From NCBI GenBank assembly GCA_963662285.2, contig CAXXMV010000002.1:448001-512000 (forward strand): DNA of 64,000 nucleotides. Direction: 5' to 3'. The DNA is from a bacterium (GTDB lineage Bacteria > Hinthialibacterota > Hinthialibacteria > Hinthialibacterales > Hinthialibacteraceae). Below are positions 50,877 through 60,907 of the stretch, piece after piece. How positions within the stretch are numbered: position 1 is the first letter of the stretch; each line of letters begins with the position of its first letter. The position numbers and the translations under genes are program-made. The notes beneath the pieces are model-generated. The model was not told the DNA's origin, ran no database searches, and was given only the letters and a program-made list of their open reading frames with translations.

Positions 50877-52496
50877 ATGGCAAGCTATATTTCTTCATCC
50901 TTAAAACAAAAACTATTTCTAATCATCCCCGCTATCATTCTGCTGGTGGTATCGTTGGCGGTTGAGTATTCCGTAATCCAGCAGACCGGTCGTTCGGCCT
51001 ATCCCATAGACGATCCATACATCCACATGGCTATGGCGCGGCATTTTGCGCAAGACGGGGTGTTCGGCGTTTCCAAGGCTGGATTCAGCGCATCATCATC
51101 TTCGCCATTATGGACCCTGCTGTTAAGCGCTTCATTTATCGTGATCGGAGTCCATGAATCTCTGCCTTGGTTGTTAAACCTGTTTTTTGGATTGATACTG
51201 GCGTTTATATTGACGCGCATGTTATCAGAGCGATTGCAATCTTCATGGGCGGCGGCGTTTTTGTGCATCGCGATTATCTTTGTTTTACCGCTGCCAACCC
51301 TGGTCGCCCTCGGCATGGAGCATACTCTTCACATTTTGCTCATGCTGTTGATCATGGGATTTGCCTGCAAATCGTTGCTGAACCAAGATGATGCATCGAC
51401 GGTGATTTTGGCCTTATTGGTTATGCTTTCGGTAATGGTCCGGTTCGAGTCGGTCTTCGTGGCGGCGCCATTGGTTATGATAGGATTATTCGCAAGAAAA
51501 TGGCGCTTGGTATTAATCGTAATCGCAGCCTGCGCGGGGCCTATCCTTATACAGGGTATAATCAACATCAACCAAGGTTGGTTCTTCTTTCCATCTTCGG
51601 TGATGCTAAAAAGCGTGATTCAAGGCAGCGGCTGGGAGAAAATACTCGACGTCCCGGATCGTCTATACGGCCAACTACTGGGTACGCCGCATTTGACGGT
51701 TTTATTCATGTTTTCCATTGCGGCTCTGTTAAGTGCGTTACACCGTTCCGGTTCTATCATAAACCGCGACTCCATCTGGAGCCTTACTTTTTTAGGCGCC
51801 GTCATACTTCATTGCTCTTGCGCTTCGACAGGATGGTTTTACAGGTATGAAGCGTACTTGATAACAATTGGCTTGATAGGATTAACGCCATTAATCAGGG
51901 AAACATTTATCGCCCTGCGGGGAAAATGGCGTAATATCCAATCCACCAGCGAGAGATATCTTTTTGGCGGCGTATTATGCGGACTGGTCATTCTAAGCCC
52001 TGCGCCATTTTATAAGAATATCCTCTCGATCCGCTTGTTGGTTCCCGCAGCGCGTAATATGTATCACCAACAGTATCAAATGGGGCTTTTTCTGCGCGAG
52101 TATTATCAAAACCAAGCCGTGCTGGCTAATGATATTGGAGCGATCAATTTTCTGGCTGATATCGATTGTCTTGATATTATGGGATTAGGAAGCCTTGAGC
52201 CGATCCAAGCCAGAATGGTGGGAACCTGGAGTCCACGCATATTGCATTCATGGTGTATGCTGCGCAAGGCGCCGGTTGCCATGGTTTATGAAAGTTGGAT
52301 TAAAAATGTTCTCCCGTCAGTATGGATCAAAGTAGGAGAATGGACCATTACTGAAAAGGTTTCGGTGGCGGATTCTACAGTCAGTTTCTTTGCTATTATC
52401 CCACAACATGCCGAAACGCTTTGCGCCAATCTGAAAGAATTTGAAGCCAGGCTGCCGGATGGAGTGATATTGAAACTAATTGATAATCAACCATGA
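50877..52496 (+). CDS. GT-C-like polytopic membrane glycosyltransferase
   Basis: DDPYIH after TM1, SSPLWTLL, GME, RFE, RY, DIGAI, D..GL; about 11 TMs. Confidence 0.75.
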   Translation: MASYISSSLKQKLFLIIPAIILLVVSLAVEYSVIQQTGRSAYPIDDPYIHMAMARHFAQDGVFGVSKAGFSASSSSPLWTLLLSASFIVIGVHESLPWLLNLFFGLILAFILTRMLSERLQSSWAAAFLCIAIIFVLPLPTLVALGMEHTLHILLMLLIMGFACKSLLNQDDASTVILALLVMLSVMVRFESVFVAAPLVMIGLFARKWRLVLIVIAACAGPILIQGIININQGWFFFPSSVMLKSVIQGSGWEKILDVPDRLYGQLLGTPHLTVLFMFSIAALLSALHRSGSIINRDSIWSLTFLGAVILHCSCASTGWFYRYEAYLITIGLIGLTPLIRETFIALRGKWRNIQSTSERYLFGGVLCGLVILSPAPFYKNILSIRLLVPAARNMYHQQYQMGLFLREYYQNQAVLANDIGAINFLADIDCLDIMGLGSLEPIQARMVGTWSPRILHSWCMLRKAPVAMVYESWIKNVLPSVWIKVGEWTITEKVSVADSTVSFFAIIPQHAETLCANLKEFEARLPDGVILKLIDNQP

Positions 52497-52514
52497 GCCA
52501 GGTCTCTGCAACAT

Positions 52515-55500
52515 TTAAGGCGTATACCGGTATTTGTTATTCTTATGCGTCTCTTCATCGACGATTTCATCGGGATCGATATTGATTTCCAGATACTCGA
52601 TATTGGCCGGTATTTTGATGCCGCCGAAAGCTTGAAAGTCTCCAGATTTAATGCTGTATAGTTTGGGCAGCCGGATAGTTTCGGTTTTTTGTTGGTCGGC
52701 TTGTTTAAGTTCTAATTCAATAACGATTTTCTCTGCATCGCTCTCGCCCTGGTTGAGCGTTTCAAAGTAAACTTGAAGCCGTTTGCCCGACTCAATTGAC
52801 CTGACATTCACTTTAGTCGCGTCGACAATTAAATCAGCCTTCTTACGAATATATAAATCGCTTTCAATTGTATTATTATCAGGGTTCTCTTCTTTGATAC
52901 GATTATACTGATCCAGAATCAATTGTAATCGATTCTCTCCTGCATTGTCTGTCGGATCCCACCGAACCTGAACTGACGCTTCTTCCCCTGGATTAAGTTG
53001 TTCGATCAGGTCTCCTGTTGACCCAACGGTTACGGTCAGCATCTTTTTTTGATCTCTTTTAGTAACGTCGTATCCCTGGATAGAAATTCGGGATGCCCCT
53101 GCCTTCCCCTCATTACAAACCTTGGCTTTGAGAAATACGGTTTCTCCAGATCGAGGAGATTTGGGCATGAAATAAAGCGATTGAGGAACAAAGTGTAATT
53201 CCGGTAGACATCCAGTCGATGGCTCAATCAATGATGCTGGGTTGATATTATTGGCCATCATAACAGCGCCATGAGAAACCTTGATCCGGTTTTCACTCAT
53301 GCTAGTTAAATCAATACCAATTTTTCGTATGTCATATTCATTATTTGTAGGAATTTTGAATATCCCGTCAACAGTTTGTGTCTGTCGGTTGAATCGGTAA
53401 GTTTTAGGGTCTGGCAGGATTTCCATATCATTCTCCGCCCAGATTTCATACCTGTTCCTGACGCTGTTAGTATCCGATGGATTCCATGAAAAATCGATTT
53501 GGTCTTCCCGTTTTGCAGCCACGCCTTCTATTTTTTCAAATACAGGAAACTGAATCGTAGGATCGCCCAGTATTGCAAATTGGTTTACCGGTTCAAAAAA
53601 TGAACTGTTGCAGAATCCATAGAGATTGGCGGCATAGAATATCTGTCCAAGAGTTGAGAACTGATCCTCAAAGGCGGCGTGATGCATCCCACGGGCCAGA
53701 ACAATATGATCAGTGGGATACCCCCGACCAGTCGCCCCGACCAAAGCAATCGCCCCGCCGTTTTTGAAAGTAAGCAGGTCTTCGCCAATCGAGATATTCC
53801 ATTTGTCGCGGGGATAATCAAACTTGGCGGTTTCACAAGTGAAGCCCCACAGAATAGGCAGTTTGCCCTGGTTTGTCAGTTTACGGACATCAGAGTATTT
53901 CGAACCGCCTCCGAAAAACATACGTTCATTGCCCAAAACATTGGGCGCCCCATGCCCGAAATAATTCCACAAAAAGACGCCCTGATTAACAATATCGATT
54001 ATATCATCAGTGGCCTCCGGGCTGGTTTTAGCGCGCATTTGCGCCCGCAGCCGTTCCGGTAAATAAATATTATCAACCAATGGGTAATCAGCGATATGCC
54101 GCTGTAACATGCGGAATTCTGGTGGTATCCAGTCTTCTACTAATTCTTCAGAATATTTCTCGAAAGTATGATCCGTCAAGACGAAAACTTTGTTGAGCCA
54201 CGGCCCCAACGTCGGCTTGGTTTTGTAGCGGATAGTTTTATCTATCAATACTTTCAAACCCTCAGCAGACCGAACCGGCCACCGGGCAATGATGCAATCA
54301 GATAATACATCCTGGGGATCATCATTACGCACGAACCAATTTTCCACGGCGTATTTTTCATTTTCACGATAACCGGGAATATAATTATGAACGTTATTTT
54401 TATATCTTCCCCAATAATCCCATGTGGCGTCGCCGACCAGCAGAACATAAGACGCATGGGGGCGCTCCCAGTTGTGATAAGCAAATCTTAGAAAATCACG
54501 GATATTGTGTGGAGACATCCGCCCATCGCCGAAGGTATCGTCGATATCCTCGCGTGCTGCATGGCGTACGCGGTAACCGGCATCGCCCAGCGATTTCTCG
54601 AATGGACTCAGCGTCGACAGCCAGTCTCGCGGCGATATGATAATCACATCTGCACTTTGCAAATCGGTTAGCAGGGGATTATTCGCCAATAAATTGTTGA
54701 CTGGAGTAAAGGTGACATCCGAAATAATAGTATTGTTGGATTGTGCGAATAATCGCCATTGGCTTGGTTCATCTGGCAATTCGACGGTCGTGTTTTTTCC
54801 TTGAACCAGACCAATATCTTCGGTTTTCAAACCATCGTTTCGTATTAACCACAAGCGTTCAGTCTCAGGCGCAAGTGAAATAACTGGATGTCCGGTTGGA
54901 TTCCAATATGGCTTGGTTGAAGGAATGAGTTTTGTTTTAACCTTAAATTCAATCCAGTCCAGAAAAATGCCATTATCCGACCTGGAAGAGCTAGGTTCAA
55001 AATCAAGGTTTAAGGTTAATGAATTGGTTCCATCTCTTAAAACATTTGGAGCGATAAGAATATCTGCTCTGAATAATCCCGTCTTGGTACGTTCGATCTC
55101 GCAATCAATCTGCTTCCTATTTAGTCGCATAGAAAGAGCATCAGTGGCAAGCGAGATATATGATTTATTGGTTTTAATCACAATAGAGGCTGTAGCCGGT
55201 TGAATAACGTCATTCCGGGGAAGAGTAAACTCAATGCTCTTGCTGGAATCTGTTATAAAATCATGCCACATCCAATAATTGGCCTGTTTTTCGGTTTTAT
55301 CTTCACCCGATATAAATATGTTATCTTCTTCCAGCCTTATATGCTGCTCCAGCGTATCCGCGCCATTGGGATTATCCATGCCTTTATGAAGCGGCATGGC
55401 AATATGGCGCTCAGCAATAGAAGCCAGCCATGCCACCGAATCAGGCGAGTAGGGCGATGATGAAGCAGGCGTGTAGTATTGAATAACATCTCCGGTTTCG

Positions 55501-56297
55501 ATATTCCCATCCGATTTATAGCGCCCGTTTTTATCTATAACAGTGAATGGGATTGCGGTTCGGTCTCGAAATAACGCCAAATGATTGTATGAGATATCTT
55601 TATCAGGTTTATTACTGGCAAAGAATTGGATAACAGGTTCTGCCGGAATACTGATAACGCCATGAGAACGCGTTTGAATTTTTAATGCCGGCGTCTGGAA
55701 ATAGGGCGCCTTTTCAACCAGTGGGATAACTGACTTTGCTTCTTTCAAAGGCGGATAATTAATAATGAGTTTCCGGGCAATGTCATCTAAGGATTTAGGC
55801 AAATCTACAAACGGTTTGTCATCCAGTTTACTAAAAATAATTGCAACTTCGCCGCTGGGATATTTGATGAAGGCATTTTCACTTATCGATTTTGGCAGTT
55901 TCCTGGCGCTTAAATCGATTGAGAAGGCAGCCAGGCGTGAACCGGCCAGCAAACCTATTTCGCGCAGATTGATCCGGGGCAAAATCCATTTTTCATGATT
56001 GAGTCGAATGTTGGTCTGGTCGCCCGCCGAAATGGCGCCATCTTCCTGCTGCGCTTCCCATGTGAAACTGGAGATAGAATAAGATGCAGACGAAATTGGT
56101 CCCGGCGCAAAAAACAATATACGTTCGTTCTGCGCATCGCTCACGACAGCGTCCCAAGTCAGAACAATTTTATCTACAGTATTTTGCTTGATTGAAATAA
56201 TGGGAGAGAGTAAGGCCTCTTTTGATTCGGCTAGGTATGAAGAAAGTATAATAACTAACGACCCTATAACACAACAGACATTATTAAGTATTCGCAT
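52515..56297 (-). CDS. Secreted C25 (gingipain/PorU-like) cysteine peptidase with C-terminal CARDB-like domains
   Basis: Signal peptide; YVLLVGDATWD, ARWPV, catalytic FGHG and FTC, GGAIA, LGDP; terminal DQYNRIKEENPDNN and DPDEIVDEETHKNN. Confidence 0.85.
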   Translation of the reverse strand: MRILNNVCCVIGSLVIILSSYLAESKEALLSPIISIKQNTVDKIVLTWDAVVSDAQNERILFFAPGPISSASYSISSFTWEAQQEDGAISAGDQTNIRLNHEKWILPRINLREIGLLAGSRLAAFSIDLSARKLPKSISENAFIKYPSGEVAIIFSKLDDKPFVDLPKSLDDIARKLIINYPPLKEAKSVIPLVEKAPYFQTPALKIQTRSHGVISIPAEPVIQFFASNKPDKDISYNHLALFRDRTAIPFTVIDKNGRYKSDGNIETGDVIQYYTPASSSPYSPDSVAWLASIAERHIAMPLHKGMDNPNGADTLEQHIRLEEDNIFISGEDKTEKQANYWMWHDFITDSSKSIEFTLPRNDVIQPATASIVIKTNKSYISLATDALSMRLNRKQIDCEIERTKTGLFRADILIAPNVLRDGTNSLTLNLDFEPSSSRSDNGIFLDWIEFKVKTKLIPSTKPYWNPTGHPVISLAPETERLWLIRNDGLKTEDIGLVQGKNTTVELPDEPSQWRLFAQSNNTIISDVTFTPVNNLLANNPLLTDLQSADVIIISPRDWLSTLSPFEKSLGDAGYRVRHAAREDIDDTFGDGRMSPHNIRDFLRFAYHNWERPHASYVLLVGDATWDYWGRYKNNVHNYIPGYRENEKYAVENWFVRNDDPQDVLSDCIIARWPVRSAEGLKVLIDKTIRYKTKPTLGPWLNKVFVLTDHTFEKYSEELVEDWIPPEFRMLQRHIADYPLVDNIYLPERLRAQMRAKTSPEATDDIIDIVNQGVFLWNYFGHGAPNVLGNERMFFGGGSKYSDVRKLTNQGKLPILWGFTCETAKFDYPRDKWNISIGEDLLTFKNGGAIALVGATGRGYPTDHIVLARGMHHAAFEDQFSTLGQIFYAANLYGFCNSSFFEPVNQFAILGDPTIQFPVFEKIEGVAAKREDQIDFSWNPSDTNSVRNRYEIWAENDMEILPDPKTYRFNRQTQTVDGIFKIPTNNEYDIRKIGIDLTSMSENRIKVSHGAVMMANNINPASLIEPSTGCLPELHFVPQSLYFMPKSPRSGETVFLKAKVCNEGKAGASRISIQGYDVTKRDQKKMLTVTVGSTGDLIEQLNPGEEASVQVRWDPTDNAGENRLQLILDQYNRIKEENPDNNTIESDLYIRKKADLIVDATKVNVRSIESGKRLQVYFETLNQGESDAEKIVIELELKQADQQKTETIRLPKLYSIKSGDFQAFGGIKIPANIEYLEINIDPDEIVDEETHKNNKYRYTP

Positions 56298-56357
56298 TAT
56301 TGAACCTAAAAAAAACACAAAGTAGAAAGTTAAGTAAACGAATTTTCGCCAATCTCT

Positions 56358-56729
56358 CTAGCGGGATATCAGTTCCCACCCTACAGGAATTTTTCCTTGG
56401 GCAAGCGTATCGTAAGCGAGCTCATCAAATATGCGTTCGTCATTTTCGTCAACCAGAAAAAGTCGCTCGCCTATTTCAATATGATCATCGTCACCGAAGG
56501 GAGAAGCTAATTCGCTGTGCCATAATAGCATTCCATGAAGCGTCTCGAATCCCTTGCTCATTAAAGACTCAGGCGCATCTTGTTCATAATAATCCTGCAA
56601 AGCAAGCATCAGGGGCGATTCAGTATCTTCCAATTCTCCATAGAAGAAAAAGTTCGCATTATCCATATGCGAACGCAACAGAATTCCTTCTTCGTCGACA
56701 AGGAAAATTTCAACCTGGATATCCATCAA
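56358..56729 (-). CDS. Acidic hypothetical protein
   Basis: 123-aa ORF with an aagga RBS, codirectional with its neighbours. Confidence 0.6.
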   Translation of the reverse strand: MMDIQVEIFLVDEEGILLRSHMDNANFFFYGELEDTESPLMLALQDYYEQDAPESLMSKGFETLHGMLLWHSELASPFGDDDHIEIGERLFLVDENDERIFDELAYDTLAQGKIPVGWELISR

Positions 56730-56924
56730 TTCTACAATCCTTCAATCAATATCAAATGATATTGCTATTACTATTACGCTTAACAAAATGTCTATATTCA
56801 AAATTCTTTCGCATTCATATAAGCCTGCTTTTCCGCTTATATGATGAACGAATTATGCAAGATTCAATTATAGACGAATGAAGGATAATTTGCCGATAGA
56901 TAGACCGCAGTAATTATTCGGATA

Positions 56925-57407
56925 TTAATTGGTTTCTACTTTCACTTGGGCGATGCCTTTTCTTTCGAAATCCAGTTTCCGGGCGGCGGCGCGGGAAACA
57001 TCTATTATACGACCTTTTGTGAATGGACCCCGATCATTGATGCGCAGGTAGACGGATTTCCCGTTTTCAAGGTTGGTGACTTTGACGTTTGTATCAAATG
57101 GCAGCGTCGGATGAGCGGCAGTCATTTCATACATGCTATATTTATCTCCGCTAGCGGTTCGCTTGCCATGAAATTGTCGGCCATACCATGAAGCCTGACC
57201 AACTTCTGCATTACTACTGACTGTCTGCGTATGGGTTGTCTTTGTCGGTTGAGATTTAGCAGTTTTATTATTGCCAATGCCAAATGTGGGGATGGGAATC
57301 GGAATCCGGACAACTTTAAAACCGGCGCAACCCGTCATGGATAGCAGAAATGCGCTTAGTATGATGATATGTATTATAAGTTTATTTGATTTTTGTATCT
57401 TGTTCAT
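56925..57407 (-). CDS. rlpA: RlpA-family lytic transglycosylase lipoprotein
   Basis: Lipobox MTGC; GQASWYG..FHG..TASG, TAAH.TLPF, INDRGPF..GRIIDVS. Confidence 0.92.
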   Translation of the reverse strand: MNKIQKSNKLIIHIIILSAFLLSMTGCAGFKVVRIPIPIPTFGIGNNKTAKSQPTKTTHTQTVSSNAEVGQASWYGRQFHGKRTASGDKYSMYEMTAAHPTLPFDTNVKVTNLENGKSVYLRINDRGPFTKGRIIDVSRAAARKLDFERKGIAQVKVETN

Positions 57408-57496
57408 TACCGGACTCCATCTTTGGTATGAATAATATTTTGAAAACCACTCTAGCAGTATGATCAGTTTCTTTTGTCAGGTAGTCTTCCGTAATT

Positions 57497-57535
57497 CCCC
57501 CTCACCCTAGTCCTCTCCTGGGGGGGAGAGAGGGT
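57497..57535 (+). repeat. BoxC-like intergenic palindromic repeat, copy 2
   Basis: ccccctcaccctagtcctctcctgggggggagagagggt. Confidence 0.7.
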
Positions 57536-57730
57536 ACGAGGTCGCCCGACAAAAGGAGTTGGTCAGAGTACTAGTTGGGATATCTTAATCTTAACTATAT
57601 TTCTGTGACTATTTTTTTAATGATAAATCTTTCTTTCTAAGATATATTTTCGGATGCGACAAATTATACTTTAGCAAATATAATTCCCTGGAATTCAACA
57701 TTATCAATAAATCAAATTCGGATGGATGCA

Positions 57731-58162
57731 TCAGCTGGATTGTAAAACCGCCGGTGGATGAGCGCGATTAACAATAAACGTAATAGCATTGCCTTTGTCG
57801 TTGAATTGCAATTCATGGGTGAATTGCTGAATAAGATAAACGCCACGCCCTGATGTCTTGTGGAGATAGGGTTCCTGCGTGGGGTTAACAAGAGTTGTCT
57901 GGTCGAAGCCATCACCTTCGTCTTGCACAGTAATTGCAATTTGAGATCTATCACAAAGAGCAATAATGTGTATTACCTTGCCTTCATCACGCTGGTTTCC
58001 ATGGATTATCGCATTAATTAATGCTTCATCCATCGCCAAGCGCAAGCAGAAACAAGAATCGCCATCGTATCCCAACTCGCTGGCGCATTCCAATATTTCC
58101 TGCTCTACAGAGTAGATTGCATCGACTTTGCTCTTGATACGAAAATCGAGTCTAGTTGCCAT
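57731..58162 (-). CDS. RsbW/SpoIIAB-like anti-sigma factor kinase
   Basis: LAMDEALINAIIHGN, DEGDGFD, GRGVYLI. Confidence 0.88.
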   Translation of the reverse strand: MATRLDFRIKSKVDAIYSVEQEILECASELGYDGDSCFCLRLAMDEALINAIIHGNQRDEGKVIHIIALCDRSQIAITVQDEGDGFDQTTLVNPTQEPYLHKTSGRGVYLIQQFTHELQFNDKGNAITFIVNRAHPPAVLQSS

Positions 58163-58229
58163 AACAATTGAACCAGTCAAAGCCAACCGACGAGCCTAAA
58201 ATTTATACTATGAATATATTAACAAATAC

Positions 58230-58258
58230 ATCGTAGAAGTCCCAATGCAACCCGTCAA
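58230..58258 (-). promoter_or_regulatory. Sigma70-type promoter for the rsbW-like gene
   Basis: TTGACG-17-TACGAT on the minus strand. Confidence 0.55.
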
Positions 58259-58363
58259 GAGAAATTTTATCTTTCTTTTGTACAGAGGATTACTCATTCC
58301 TTAATTAAGTACAATCACCTGTCACAATATGTTCATATAAAACAGTATATTATGCGCAAATAT

Positions 58364-59338
58364 TTAATTGCCCACCAACTCTATATCTGCATGAACCATC
58401 ATGTCAACCAAATTATCAAATTTAACTTCCGGCGTCCATTGTAGTTTCTCTTGCGCTTTTTGCGCATTTCCAATAAGTGTAAACACTTCCGCAGGTCTGA
58501 ACAATTCAGCGTCTATTTCAATATGTTCCTGCCAATTCAGTCCTACAGAAGTGAAAGCCCGCTCCACAAATTCCTGCACTGAATGGGTTTCTCCTGTAGC
58601 AATAACAAAATCTCTTGGTTCATTCTGCTGGAGCATTAACCACATCGCTTTTACATAGTCTCCCGCGAATCCCCAATCTCTTTTGGCATCCAGGTTTCCC
58701 AGTTTGAGTGATTCCAGATTTCCCAGTTTTATATTCGCTACGGCGTTGCTGATTTTTCTGGTGACGAATTCAAATCCACGCCGGGGGCTTTCATGGTTGA
58801 ATAAAATTCCCGATACGCAAAACAGGCCATAAGCCTCTCGATAATTGCGGGATAGATGATGACCTGCAACCTTTGAAATTCCATAAGCGGATCTGGGATT
58901 GAATGGAGTGGATTCATCTTGGGGCATGATATCGGCGTTACCAAACATCTCGCTTGAACCAGCGAAGTAGACTTTACACTCTGGAACCAGTTCTTTTATG
59001 GCGGACAATACGTAATGCGTACCATTTATATTTGTATTGATTGTCGAAAATTCATCTTCAAACGAATAACTCACAAAACTCTGCGCCGCCAGGTGATAAC
59101 ATTCATCAGGCCGTATTTTATGAACTACATGAAATATACTGGCATAACTGTCGAGCGCTCCTGCATGTAGGTGGAGGCGATCTTTGAATGACCTGATGCG
59201 CCATAATCTATGAACCGGATCCTCCAATGCAACCCGCCTGATAAGTCCATGAACCTCGTATCCTTTTTCGAGTAGCAATTCCGCCAGATACGATCCATCT
59301 TGACCTGTTATACCCGTAATAAATGCTTTTTTCGCCAT
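58364..59338 (-). CDS. gmd: GDP-mannose 4,6-dehydratase
   Basis: ITGITGQDGSYLAELLL, LAAQSFV, SSEMFG, YGISK, LFNHESPRRG, RDWG. Confidence 0.97.
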   Translation of the reverse strand: MAKKAFITGITGQDGSYLAELLLEKGYEVHGLIRRVALEDPVHRLWRIRSFKDRLHLHAGALDSYASIFHVVHKIRPDECYHLAAQSFVSYSFEDEFSTINTNINGTHYVLSAIKELVPECKVYFAGSSEMFGNADIMPQDESTPFNPRSAYGISKVAGHHLSRNYREAYGLFCVSGILFNHESPRRGFEFVTRKISNAVANIKLGNLESLKLGNLDAKRDWGFAGDYVKAMWLMLQQNEPRDFVIATGETHSVQEFVERAFTSVGLNWQEHIEIDAELFRPAEVFTLIGNAQKAQEKLQWTPEVKFDNLVDMMVHADIELVGN

Positions 59339-59629
59339 TATAATAACATAAATCCTTTCAGATATTACAAATACCTAAGACTGGAAAATACTTATACTCT
59401 CCAGCAATTGTAAGCATAAATCCAATGAAATCAATCCAAAGAGAGATGCCTTCACCTGCTCATTTTATTGCAATTTGATAGAGTTGTAATCTAAAACATA
59501 TCATTTTGTAATTAAACGTATGGAAACATTGACCGCAAATATATTGATAATTAAATTCTATCTTCGTAAACTAATGAAAATAAATGACTTAAATCTCTCC
59601 ATGAATAATATGATTAAAATTAGTGGTTA

Positions 59630-59645
59630 TGGACTAGAAATTGCT
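59630..59645 (+). promoter_or_regulatory. Possible sigma54 (-24/-12) promoter
   Basis: TGGACT-AGAAA-TTGCT has the correct GG-N10-GC spacing but an imperfect -24 box. Confidence 0.4.
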
Positions 59646-59708
59646 AATTAATATGTTAATTAATGCAACTTTTTTATAATGCTGATATCATACGGTTGAG
59701 GAAGCAAA

Positions 59709-59906
59709 ATGAATATACCAGTTCGAGTTAACCTAAAAAGCATTCTAACCACGTCAGTAGTTCTTATGGTGTTACTCTGTTCCACTGCTTTTGTTAAATC
59801 TCTTCATCATAAAGCCCTGGATCGAGCTATCCGTGATGCTCCAGAGCGCGTAATGCAGTATTCAAAATCATTTCATATTGATTTTAGAGATATAACAAAT
59901 CCGTAA
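59709..59906 (+). CDS. Small membrane-anchored or exported protein (65 aa)
   Basis: RBS gaggaag; one N-terminal hydrophobic segment; sits in a gap between other genes. Confidence 0.55.
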   Translation: MNIPVRVNLKSILTTSVVLMVLLCSTAFVKSLHHKALDRAIRDAPERVMQYSKSFHIDFRDITNP

Positions 59907-59910
59907 CGTC

Positions 59911-60720
59911 TTAGATTAGATCAGCGAATTCGTTATGACTGCGGGTAAACGCCCAGTACCCTAGCATGAAGGATCCAACTGAGATGCAGGCGAATATCCC
60001 CCAGGTAGATAGTGAAGGCCATTCACCGAATAAAACTAGATCGTGGTTGATCATAATCATATAAGTTATGGGATTGGTATACATGATTTTTTGAAGGTAG
60101 GGATGTTTATCAAGATACTCAACCATGTAAAACATGGGAGCAGCCCACATCAGAATCATGGTTGCAGTCGATACTAATGGACCAATATCCCTGATATAGG
60201 TATTCATCGTAGAAAATAAGAATCCCACACCAAGCATAAATATTATTTGCAGAACAAGCACGATGGGAAAAGCAACCATAGTAACCGGGATTGTATGATT
60301 AACAATCAACAGGGCTATTAATAGAATAATAGTACCAATTAATTGATTAACTACGCCGGATAATGTGATATATGTCGGGATAACCTTAGCCGGGAAGCAG
60401 ACCTGTTTGATCAGGTGACCATTATCAACGATACTGGTAGTAGACCTGACCAGCGCTTCCTGAAAAGCATACCAGGGCAGCAAACCGCAAAAAATGTAAA
60501 AAGCAAAATCCAGGGTTTTAGGTTGATCACCTAATTTGGATGGTTGTCCCGGGAACAGTATTCCAAATACAACCGTATAAACGGCCAGCAGAATGAGGGG
60601 ATTGATTACCGACCAGAAAAAGCCCATCGCCGAGCCGACGTATCTCGCTTGCAGGTCGCGGCGCAAGAATTCCCATAACAAATGACGGTGAAATAAAATA
60701 TGTCCTATACGCTTCTTCAT
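59911..60720 (-). CDS. ABC-2 type polysaccharide export permease (Wzm-like)
   Basis: RDLQARY.GS.MG..WS.INP, GLLPW, LIKQV.FP, RD, NP, FADLI. Confidence 0.9.
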   Translation of the reverse strand: MKKRIGHILFHRHLLWEFLRRDLQARYVGSAMGFFWSVINPLILLAVYTVVFGILFPGQPSKLGDQPKTLDFAFYIFCGLLPWYAFQEALVRSTTSIVDNGHLIKQVCFPAKVIPTYITLSGVVNQLIGTIILLIALLIVNHTIPVTMVAFPIVLVLQIIFMLGVGFLFSTMNTYIRDIGPLVSTATMILMWAAPMFYMVEYLDKHPYLQKIMYTNPITYMIMINHDLVLFGEWPSLSTWGIFACISVGSFMLGYWAFTRSHNEFADLI

Positions 60721-60907
60721 AATTATATCAATAATAATCCACTGGCCCATTATCGCAAAGGATAAGGTATAGGTTGATTATATCTAAGAGAAGAAACTGA
60801 TGTTATCACCTAACCGGAATTTATTATACTGGATATAATTCATAACTTATTATCTTGTTGGAACTATATTCTTAAATATCAGAACAATACCAGGGAGGAA
60901 CGAAAAA

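Noticed and set aside
56300-56881. 193-aa ORF on the + strand
   Set aside because: Non-ATG start and implausible composition; overlaps a better - strand ORF that has an RBS
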